The position numbers and the translations under genes are program-made. The notes beneath the pieces are model-generated. The model did no database searches. It was given only the letters and a program-made list of their open reading frames with translations, and was not told the origin of the DNA. DNA of 63,266 nt, the filler included, from Craspedostauros australis (taxonomy: Eukaryota): assembly GCA_030167865.1 (NCBI GenBank). It is 9 parts of 9 records of this genome, joined end to end, with 100 filler letters (N's around TTAATTAATTAA, not from the genome) between each part and the next. Parts side by side here need not be neighbours in the genome. Positions count along the whole stretch, not along the records: positions 1 to 4,642 come from JALAGF010003962.1; positions 4,743 to 19,054 come from JALAGF010003963.1; 7 more parts are not named here. One strand, given 5' to 3'. Shown here piece by piece: positions 1-10,464 of the stretch (its first letter is position 1; the number at the start of each line of letters is the position of its first letter).

Positions 1-157
1 CGTGGTTGTCATGCCAATCATATGATTTCCGCGTTCGTTGGTGTCAATGATGTGGAAGGAGCTGCGTGGGAAACGATGGCGGACCCCGCGGGCATCATAC
101 ATGGCTTGTAGGAATCGAGTCCAACTTGATGAAGTGGAGCCTATTGCGACTGTCAGC

Positions 158-160
158 TTG

Positions 161-192
<32 letters not shown>

Positions 193-200
193 GGTGGTGG
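158..200. repeat. (TTG)n(GTG)n trinucleotide microsatellite
   Basis: Directly visible; reads as poly-His/poly-Gln on the minus strand. Confidence 0.85.
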
Positions 201-323
201 TGCAGTTCGTGCATGATGTCGTGCAAGGCACACGCGTATGCCAGCAGCTGCATGGTTTCGTTGTGGTCGACAAAGATAACGAGCAATGGGAGAAGTCGCC
301 GACATCATTACACACAATTTCTT

Positions 324-836
324 TCATCTGTGGATGGGACGAGACAGTGCCTCTGTCTCATCGTTTGGGGTTTGTGGCAGCGACGCGTCGCTTTGAGCAT
401 CGGTATGAACAAGCGTGGCTAGTTGTGGTGCGTGCTGTGGAAACTGAGGAACATCTCCGAACAACAGGCTCTGCAGGTCTGGGAAAAAGTCGCTGCGTCC
501 GATCTCGCGGATGCACCCGTCCAACATGTGTTGAATCTCCGTTTCCGACAACGCATCGGACGTTTATGTGCGTGCGCGCGGCTGCTGATGACTTGAATCC
601 AGACCGCACCATGGGCCATGACATTTCTTGCCATCGTAGTTGGCTCTGTTGTTGGTGCTGCCATTGCCCATGTCCCAAGATCTTCTCTACTCCGGAGCAG
701 TTGGCTTGATATCTTCCTTTCTGATGTTTCTGAGCGATGCGGCACGTTGGAGATCGCTGTTCGTCGCCGCTTGCCATTCATCATCATCGGCATGATCATT
801 GGCATCAGCATCATCTCTTGCCATGGCCGCCTTCAT
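324..836 (-). pseudogene. Decayed ORF of unknown function
   Basis: One minus-strand frame from ATG 836 (MKAAMARDDADANDHADDDEWQ...SETEIQHMLDGCIREIGRSDFFPDLQ) is interrupted by in-frame TAG (687-689), TAA (564-566) and TGA (324-326). It probably continues, frameshifted, into the poly-H/poly-Q segment at 95-286. No family recognised. Confidence 0.4.
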
Positions 837-985
837 CGATGCTGGTTGGCGTGCCATACTTTGCGCAGCTGCCGCTTGCTTGATTACTTCATTGCTTCAT
901 TGCTTTGCTGCTTGACAGACAATGTCTCAGTGTTGGCTGATACCTCTATTAATGTAAACATAGTCATGCCATTTCATCTTTCTTG

Positions 986-1016
<31 letters not shown>
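986..1016. repeat. (TC)n microsatellite
   Basis: Directly visible TC run. Confidence 0.85.
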
Positions 1017-1017
<1 letters not shown>

Positions 1018-1314
1018 TTGTGTTGATGTTGTTTGATGGATCATGGGTGCAAAATCGAAGATTCGTTGTTTTGGGTGGTGTCAAGAATTGTTGGCGCGTT
1101 TGGTGGGTACTCGTCTGTCTGTCATCCGTTGCTCATTCAACTGATGACACACACAAACACTCACGACGAACATCACCTCTGTGTTGTCTTCATTCGACGC
1201 AACTCTGTTCGACGATGGTGATGACGATGGCGACCCCTCCAATGAAGCCGCATCCCTTCACATTAGTATCACCAACAACACAAACACAAACAATCAGACA
1301 AACAATCAGACAAG

Positions 1315-3674
1315 ATGATGAGTCATCGACATCCAAGAGGAACTGTGGGAAGGCTCGCCAGTTGCCCCTCACCTTGACCCACCCGTTGTACAACTATGAG
1401 TCTGGAACCTCCCATGAGTATGATCTACTCTGGGAGTTGCCACAGCAAACCGTCCAGCCTGATACTCTGTTCGAGCCTTCATGAGGTCATGAGGTCATGA
1501 CAATCGAAGTTTCTGGAAGAGGACGGTGTCAGACTGATAGCGGAGAAGCAAACGGAGACCAAGCAACCGCAACAGGCCGACACGAAATTGAAGGCGAGCA
1601 AGTCCACCAGCGTTGCCAAAGAGGCCAAAGCAGCTGCAAAATCAGGTCGTCGTGCGAGTGTCAGCACAGATGCACCAAGCAGGGCGAATAGAAGTACAGC
1701 AAAAGATGCGAAAGCTTCGGCTGTGAAACCATCACATGCGAAGAGTCTGGACATGCTCGACATGCAAGCTCACGAGATGTCATTCAGCTCCCTTGATCGC
1801 AGCCAGTTCAACAACAACGAATCGATACCGGCATCAAACATCCCAGGTGGACTCAGCTTCGCCACAGCCCCAGCACTTGGCGCGGCCCGCGAACGGAGCA
1901 GCCAAGACAAGACGAAGCTTGCCCAGAGTCGGAGATACAGGCCAAGGCCAAGAACGAATTCCAACAGAACGACCAGCAGCGCCAAATCGAGGAGCAAGAG
2001 TTTTGAGTTCTTGGAATTCTCGAAGGACGGACACAACATGCCAGGCACATCAGACACATCAGACATACCAGGCGCGATGAGTGCAGCCAGCACCCCGGCT
2101 CTATCTCGAGTTGCGACAACGGAGACGTCACGCAGCAAGAGCCCGGAGTTACTGACCAATCTGCCAAGTCTCCACAACGATGACGACAGCGCCGGCGTTG
2201 CGACAAGTGCTGCTGCAATGAACGGTGGGAGATGCTCCGCTGCCCCTGTCACGCCTGGAGGTCGGAGCGCGGCATCTACACCAGCCCCCTTTCCCTTCAG
2301 CCACATACATGAATAGAGACAACAGTCTTCGTTGTTGAGCAAGCGCAGGTCGACGTTGGAAGCTATCCTCAAGGCCAAACGATCATCATTACGTGAAGTG
2401 TCGTCGACCAATCCTGCAAAATCGAAGCAACGACCATCTCTCGAATCCCGACCATCGCAATTGGCCGATCTTGCCTTGACTGAAGCATCCGCAAAGGCGC
2501 CATCATCGCCATCATCATCGCCGTCGCCACCGTCATCATCATCACAGTCCAAATCCAAGCTCAACCTTCAACAATTCGAACGCGAACACGAACAAGGAGG
2601 TGTCTCGACCGCACCCCAAGCCCCATCCAGTCCTGGAGCCTTGAGTTTGGGAATCGAATTGAAATCGAGCAAGAAGGAAAGGGTGGCTCCTTCTCGCAAC
2701 AGATCTGCATGCAGTTCGTTGCGCCCAAGCGAAGACTCAAAGCAACGACGTTCACACGGATGAAGCACGGGTGCTCTGGGTGATGCGATCAAGGAAAGGA
2801 AACGTTCTCCAAGGTGCTTGGCAATGGGCCCCGACATCACCACTCCAGCAAAACAAGAGACGTGTCATCACCATCACCATTGATATTACCATCCATATCA
2901 CCATCGCCACGGCATCGGCGGAGAAGCGCACAGCACGCCAGTGGCAAGCCGCGCTCGACATCGTCAAGATCAAAGAGTGTGGAGCGTTCACCATCATTGC
3001 ATCATCGTCGCGACAGAGAAATTCGCACATCCTCCTCTGGAAGAAGCTGCCGCTCGCCATCGGCGCGGAGTCGTCGAAGCCCGTCCGATCGCGGCCGTAG
3101 AAGAACTGCGCAAGTATCGATGGACTCATCGCCATCATCACGGCGACAAGGAACATCTGGCAGTTCGGATGATGCGAACGCAGCCACGCGTTCACGCGAA
3201 ACCAACTCAAATGCGCACTCCACCAGTACTGGTTTGCACGAACGCAAGGGCTCACCTTCCCAAAAGCATGCCCGGGGAAGTTCGCGAAGACCAAATCAAC
3301 GTGGCCATAGCCAATCGACACCATGTGGCGAAGATCGGCGAAGGAAGTCCTCCGATGAACGATCACCATCGGCGCGACCACGAAGCAGATCAAGAGGATA
3401 TCGAATTGACAGCATCGAACGGCACAGCAATGAGAGATATGAAGATGGACGACGTGGCAAACAACAGCATGGCAACAAACGTTCGTCATCACGCGGGGCC
3501 CTTCAATCAAATCGCCGTGGACGAAGCAGATCGTCAACTCGGGACGCTGTCTACCATGAGAAGCTGTCTGACACAAAGCCACTGCAACTCACACCAAAGA
3601 AAGTGGTCAGGAGCAAGAGCGCGTCTCAGTGCCGCCATCCCTTGATGAATGGTACCAAAACTCCCACCCCGTGA
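1315..3674 (+). pseudogene. Ser/Arg-rich low-complexity protein pseudogene with PGA/PGG motifs
   Basis: ATG 1315 follows a CA-rich leader. The same frame runs through ORF pieces 1588-2316 and 2332-2763 with in-frame TGA 1375, TGA 1498, TAG 2314 and TGA 2761, then shifts frame into the SR-rich ORF 2814-3674. Confidence 0.55.
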
Positions 3675-4069
3675 TGCATCACGACACGATGGGATGGAAT
3701 GACATGGAGGGGCCGCTCCGTATTCATATCATACTCATAGAGGTATGGTAGATCCACATCCCTGTATGTAATACACCTACGAATAGACTGTACTTCTCTA
3801 CGTATGCTTGGAACAGTACCGCATGCACTATATCTGCTTGTGCAATAGAACACTGTGATGAAGTCACCGGATGTTTCTGGAGATTGAAGGGCTGGATACT
3901 GCTCCCACGCTGCCTCTGCCTTGTCTACGACTACTCGTGTGCGCCCTCTGCGGTACATACCCACACAGGGATGTTGCCGATGTCATTCACGAGCAGATTG
4001 GACGTCTGTGGTTCTATCCACGCTCCGCCATCAGCATCGTTGTTGGTTCATTGCGCAGACAAAGGACGC

Positions 4070-4642
4070 ATGGCAGCACCATTTTCACAAGCCGTGCGGT
4101 CGTCACAGGGCGGTCGTCACCATGCCAACAGATTTGCACACAGAGCAATCTACTCCAAGTCACACACTGCCAAGCCGATTCAAAGCTACAGTGCTGATGC
4201 CAGCCGATCCAAGTTTCTGGAAGAGGCGATCTACGAAGAGCACATGGCGAACAAGGCAGAGGGAAATGGTGAGAAGCCGCGAGGACCATGGGTGCTGCGC
4301 GCTTCCATCGACCGTCCCGTATCACGCTATCGTTCTCATCTCTTCATGAGTTGCACTCTCGCCATTGCGCCAAAGCTACAGTCGAGGCCCTCACCAAGTC
4401 CCAGGAGGAGTGATCACTCACTGTTGGAGCAACAAATGCCAGGGTCACCATCCATGCCGATCTTCGAAGCGAGCAGTGCCAGCATGGCGGAAAGACAAGA
4501 ACCGACGAGCCAGCCCAGTCCAAGCATCCAGAGAGCTTGACGAGCAAAAGAAGAAACCAACCAGCAACACTGTGCAGAGTGCGAGTGCCGTATTGCGGAT
4601 CATGGTTGACACAGAGTTCCAAAAGGCACAAGAAGCACACGG
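4070..4642 (+). CDS. Hypothetical protein (partial or degenerate); N-terminus resembles the upstream pseudogene
   Basis: ATG 4070; shares IYS..KP...SKFLEE with the 1315 frame. The ORF stops at 4540 but coding-like sequence continues in another frame to the contig end. Confidence 0.35.
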
Positions 4643-4742
4643 NNNNNNNNNNNNNNNNNNNNNNNNNNNNNNNNNNNNNNNNNNNNTTAATTAATTAANN
4701 NNNNNNNNNNNNNNNNNNNNNNNNNNNNNNNNNNNNNNNNNN
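4643..4742. other. Artificial contig linker
   Basis: 44 N + TTAATTAATTAA (stops in all six frames) + 44 N. Confidence 0.98.
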
Positions 4743-7013
4743 TTTGATCTTCTGAACATTGCTGCCATTGACAATCCTTGAATTGAGTGTCGTTGCTTTG
4801 ATCCCACCGCTCATCATGACGAGCACACTGAGGATGAGTGGTGTCAGTCTTTGCTGTCGTGGCGTGTCATGTGGCATTCGTACCAAAGGCGGGTTCCTTG
4901 ATCTGCATTCCATGTTGATTCTCACACCATCCATCTCCATTTCCTTGTTTGTACATTGATACATTCCAGCTAGCTGAGGTTGACAGCCACAGAAGATCGT
5001 CAAGATGCCATCCTGGCATTCAAACGCAAGCAACAAACAAAAACGTGCACCCAACATCATCATTGAGCGCATACTTTCGAAATTTTGATCGAACAAAAGC
5101 CATCGCAAGCACCATCACAAACACCATCACCATCGCACATGAAAGCAAGCATGGCATCTCGCTTCGACTACGCCAATGTGGATGTCAGTGACTTCGTGAC
5201 TGTCGGTCAGTTCTTGATGAACATCACTCTGAAGGCCAGAAATGGTAACCACCCTCTTGCGCAGTCTCAGTTCGGAGAGAGCTTCGCATCCACATTCGGT
5301 GTGAATCCACACTTGTGTCTTCGCATCTGGGAGCACTGCGATTTTGCTGCTCCATTCAAGCCCAAACATCTGTTGTGGACGCTCTACTATTTGCGTCACT
5401 ATCCAACTGTCCGCATGGCTTGTGTCTTCCTTGGAGTGGCAGATCGGACTCTCAAGAGATACACGTGGCTTGTGATCAAGCAAATTGCTTCGAAGCTCTA
5501 CACTCTGGTAAGTCCGCATGAAGCCTGTCTGGATCTGCTTTGCTGTGATGATGTGCAATTGCTTGATTCCCAATGAACACACTCACACCCATTGTGCATA
5601 TTCCTTTTCAGGTTGTGTGGGAGCGCCGCAACCTCGGCCAAGTTGACCACTCATGCAGGATCACAGTGGATGGCACCGATTTTCAAATTGAAGAACCAAC
5701 CCCATTCAACAAGAAATGGTACTCCCACAAATTCCGCGGACCTGGTTTGCGATATGAAGTTGGGATCTCCATCCAACGCGGCGACATTGTTTGGATCAAC
5801 GGACCCTTCCCTTGTGGGTCTCATCCAGACCTCAAGATCTTTCGGCTTGGTCTCAAGAATTACCTCGACGATGGTGAGATGATCGAGGCGGACCGTGGAT
5901 ATCGTGGTGATGAATGCGTCAGAACATCTGATGACTTCGTCTCCATGGCAGAGAAGAGGGCCAAGGGCATCGCACGAGCACGGCATGAGACCATCAATGG
6001 CAGATTCAAGAACTGGAAGATTCTTGAGCAGCGCTTCCGCCATGATCGCAACCTGCACAAGTATGTGTTCAAGGCCATTGTTGCNATCACACAGATTCAG
6101 ATCAATGCAGGCAATCGCCCATTCCATGTCACATACTAAGGAATTATTTACAAATCAACTGCTGATTGCCATGACAAAGATGGCCTCGATCTGGTTCATC
6201 AATAGCACAGAATAACCTGAGAGCAATTAAGTTAATATGGCAGTACACCTCTTCTCTATTCTACTCTGTTGTGTGCAGATTGGAGCCACTGCAAGTGCAA
6301 GCGGTATGCTTCACAGAATAGCATTCATTTCATTGTTGGTTCCAAGCATCTCGATAGTGCGATTGACCATGTGGAAATTGTGTGAACCAACTCATCACGT
6401 CGATCGACACAGGATGCACTGCATTCAGTGTTTCTGTTCCACACAATATCGCATGTGACATGGCATGCAATTCCAATACTCTACAGCAAGCTTGATGAAC
6501 GACGACGAGCCATCGTGCACAACACTGTCACAGCAATGAATATGCCAGGTATTCAGCTGTACCGACCATGATCTTCGAGCGCAGACCATCATGGCAGAAT
6601 TCTGGGACGAACAAGAGCATGACGANGAGAAAATGATGGTGGTGTAACCAGGACTTGCAGACCATGCCAAGCTTGTCTTCACCATTGGTAAGGAATGATG
6701 GACTCCTACTATCTGTTGCAACAAACACCATTCGATAACAAACGACCCTGTCAGGCAAAACACCAACCGCAACTTGTCCTGGCGATGAAACGCGACGCAA
6801 AGCAGGTTTGTGTTGTTCGATGTTTTGGGCCCTCTTGCGTGGATCGCAGGCGTCGTGTTGTGAGACGAGAAACAGGGAGGACAACGTTTGGTTGGCGTGG
6901 TGTGATGTGATGCGATGGGATGTGCGGCAAACGGCCATCGGTCGCGACCCGACGTGTGAGACAGAACACACCACACCAATACGCCAGAATCGTTGAAGCG
7001 GAAAAATAGAGCC
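4743..7013 (+). mobile_element. Harbinger-like DNA transposon, left end lost at the contig break
   Basis: Contains the transposase. Candidate right terminus ...AAAATAGAGCC (to 7013) is followed by TAA, the usual PIF/Harbinger target duplication. The boundary is inferred because the left TIR is not in the contig. Confidence 0.5.
5139..6139 (+). CDS. DDE transposase, PIF/Harbinger-ISL2EU (IS5-like, DDE_Tnp_4 type); exons 5139-5507 and 5612-6139, about 298 aa
   Basis: Exon 1 has an HTH-like HLLWTLYYLRHYPT segment. The phase-0 intron 5508-5611 (GTAAGT...TTTTCAG) joins the two ORFs in frame. Catalytic motifs VDGTD, YSHK, EADRGYRG and RARHETINGRFKNWKIL are present. Confidence 0.9.
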
Positions 7014-8110
7014 TAACTAAGTTCTTTGTGGAGGGTCATTCGAAGTAGTCATCTCCAATGTTCTCGAAGTCTGACCAGGTCACCAGCGCTGAGGCTGATC
7101 GTGTTGTGCTTTGGTCGAGTGGGTCGACAGTCTTCGTTTTGCTTTGATCGAAGTGGTCATTGTCTGCGCAACAACTTTGTCCTCTTGTTGTTGTGGGACC
7201 CGTGAAGTCGGCAAAAAAGCAAATTAGATTTATTTGCAACTTTTACGATGACTCCTTGTGGAGCAGGAGACAACAATGACAAATGGCAACTCGCGATGAT
7301 TCCTTTTGATGAGATGGACGGTTGCAGAATCACTCTCCATGCATTAGTTCGTGCCATCACAGAACAAAACACAAGAACTGACTGGGTGGGAGACCTTTTG
7401 GTGGTCTTATCCGGTGTCCATGGGTATGACGCGTGGATTAGTGGCGGAACATTTCTTGTACCGACCAGTACGAGGTACTCTTCTATTCCCATGTTCGTAG
7501 CCGTGCCATGTTGCGCAGATCCACTCCTCTGCCTATGCACCGCCACCATACTGGGGCAGTACGTCTGCATCGGTGACTTTTCTCTTGGCTGACACAAGCA
7601 TTCATCACACCGACTCGCCTCGAAGATCTTTGCTTTGGTGGCGAACGCTTGAGTCTCGCGATGAAGTGAAATGCTGAGTTCGTCCACGGTTGTATGTGGA
7701 GGGGCAGAAGACAGAGGTATGGCAATTCGGGCGCACAATGTGCCGTCCTGGGCATTTGATGGCGGTGACACCACAACACGGCAACAGTGATGACCATCCC
7801 TTCATGAATTGTGAGGCAACTTCTGTCCCTTGCGCAGGTGTGATCAAAACTCGGCAGAAATGGCTCCAGATAGGTCCGGTACATGCGAGACAAATAAAAT
7901 TGGTGGAGGGTGGCGCGGTGATCCCAGCGAGAGTCTGTGGTAGTGTAACAATGGTGTTGTTCCCGTCCAGTTGTGCCAAAAGGAATGCTCGTTTGTTGTC
8001 ATTATTATTCATGGGCCTGTTGTGTGTGGTTTCATGATCTGCTCAGCAACAATGTGGCGACGACAGCAAAAATGAAACGGCAACGCTCCATAACATCACC
8101 GTCGCGAGCC

Positions 8111-8115
8111 AAAAA
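8111..8115 (-). terminator. Pol III T-run terminator of tRNA-Met
   Basis: TTTTT on the minus strand a few nt downstream of the discriminator base. Confidence 0.65.
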
Positions 8116-8121
8116 GTAAAG

Positions 8122-8210
8122 TGCCCCCAAACAGGATCGAACTGTTGACCTTCAGCTGACTCCTTGTTGTGATTATGAGACTGACGCTCTGCCTACTGAG
8201 CTATAGGGGC
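8122..8210 (-). tRNA. tRNA-Met(CAT), elongator type, with 16-nt intron (8158-8173)
   Basis: Reverse complement reads GCCCCTA-TA-GCTCAGTAGGCAGAGC-G-TCAGT-CTCATA-[ATCACAACAAGGAGTC]-A-GCTGA-AGGTC-AACAG-TTCGATC-CTGTT-TGGGGGC-A. It forms a full cloverleaf with G1:C72 and a TTCGA T-loop; the intron sits at the canonical 37/38 site. Confidence 0.95.
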
Positions 8211-10464
8211 ACTCAATTTGGTGACAATCCGAAGAAATCAAAACAATATAATACCTTACATTCAATGACACCGAGGAGTCAACCAGACTACACAGCCCAT
8301 GTTCCGACTCTTGGATGCTCTTCTTGTATGACCACAAACACCAGTACAACCACAAGAGCACTCAAAGCAATAGCAGAGACTTTATTGGCCACACATGAAG
8401 ACAGAGCATGTATCGTTGTTGGGACGCAATCATGAATGTCCCACGCATCACACCACCTTTCTGCGCCAACCGGCGCTATTTCCAACACTGAAGCGAAGCA
8501 TGAAGCTCGCAAAAAGAGCGCTCTGTATGCCAAAGAACATGTTTGCTGGCACTTTCATGGAATCTGACATGGCCTCTCTGACACCAAGGGTGGCGATACA
8601 GTGTTGTGGTGTGCGCAGAAGAAAGGCAATGCCACGATGGTGTTGGCACTGCTCGCATCGAGGTTGGCTTATCATGCCTCGGTGAAAAACAGTGAAACAG
8701 AGCCACACTTCCGAAACGTCAGCGGAAGCCAAGCCGACGACGAAACGACAACGGTATGTGATAAACGTATTTCATTTGACTTGCCATGCCATCCATTACT
8801 GCCCATCGTCAGATCCCTCCATTATGCTCTATTCTACGCTTCAAGTCATCGCTCCGTGTTCGTTTGCAGCACATTGATTAGTTCGTGCACAGGGGAGATA
8901 CTCGCGTCGCGGATGTGGAAAAAATGGAAGTTCCGTGGCGTGCACAATGGCACTTGTATGCAGGCGTCGCCCCACACGATGGCATCTCGATTTTCTGCCG
9001 AAGACGTCACCTGCCGCGTCCGTCTCTTCTTTATGGCACCGGATTCCCAACCTGCCATCGGCCCTGGCATCAACTTCATCTGTGGCTGTTGCGTAATGAT
9101 GCACAGCAGCTTCGTTGGTGCCGACTCAGTTCGCGCAGGACCTGATGTTGCGAAGCGCTGCGCCGTGTGTCGTCGCCAGCATTGGTTCCGCCACGTCGCC
9201 GCGCAGGATACTGCGATCCTCCAAGTCTTTCGCTGCCCTGCATGATGTCAAGTTTGCGACTTCTGCGTGATACTAGCGCGATGTGTTTGCGTGTATGCCT
9301 TCCGATAGCAGCGCGCATCCCCGGCAGTCTCACATCGTACTCCTGTACCAAGTCTCAATCGTTGTGATCGTATGGAAGTTCGATCAGAGCATCAGGCGGG
9401 CGTTTTGCTGCGGCAACTAGCCATGGAAGGTTCCATGCAGTAGCTCGTAGTCACGGAGAAAGTGGAGTGCCTTCACGCAATCCTTCTTGGACGTTGATGC
9501 CTCATCATGTCGTCCCATTGTTTGTTTTCATGGTGCGAAGGGATGCGATGCAGAGCGGCCACGAACAGGATGATAAAGAGGTATGTGTGTTCGTCCTCTG
9601 CTTTTCCGTCACGGCGCCGCACTTCCTCGTCTTGTCTCATTGCTTTGCAAGCCTCACGTTGGGTATCATGTCTGATCATTGGGGAGGGTCATCATCGCGG
9701 TTGTCGAACGGAGTTGCGATTGAACAGAAGTGATGATGGTGTCTGTGAGAGTGTGTTCGTGTGTGTCATCGTGGACAACTACTACTCCATGGTTGCTCAA
9801 CCACAACAAATTCAAGCGTGTCATTCAACAACAATGAGTTTCGACTCGATCGACTCTTTTTTGGCGCGAGTTTGATGTTCGTGTCCGTTCGTGGCATCAA
9901 CAAAAAGAACAAGAAGGATGGCGACAGAACATCCAATTGCGGATGGCAAGGAACACGCCACGATCCGTGTTGACTCTCATTCTTTGCGTGATTCCATGCT
10001 GGCAGGATCCTCGATCGTCTCCACGTTCCAATAATGATGATACGCACAATGATGACTTCCGACACCTTCGGCCACGATCAACTTTCTCCTTCTGTGGCTG
10101 GCCACGGCCACGGCCAATACCACGCACACGCTCAAGCCAAGGTCTAAGACTACGTTCACGCCCAAGCCAAAACTGATGGGGACAATCACAGAACGGCATC
10201 GCGGCAACAAAGTGAAATGTGAAATGAAAACATCGTGAAACAACAATCAACACAATGCCATACACGCTGGGTGAAACGGAGCACGGGATGCCACCACCAA
10301 CGACAATGAAACAGGCCACCAGCCTCATAAAAGCAGACAGAGACCCGATCAAGGGACTATGACCACACAAGCAATCAAGCAATCATTCGATCACATCGAA
10401 AAAGCCCGCCGCATTGGCCTGATCTGAACAATAAATCATCCCTTTTCGAAACAACAGCTCCGTT

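Noticed and set aside
4687..4698. Recurrent TTAATTAATTAA palindrome as a biological repeat or piggyBac site
   Set aside because: Always centred in exactly 100-nt N-padded spacers; it is an artificial six-frame-stop linker.
7036..9880. Short overlapping ORFs around the tRNA as genes
   Set aside because: No recognisable domain or consistent frame; probably decayed coding or TE sequence, not callable.
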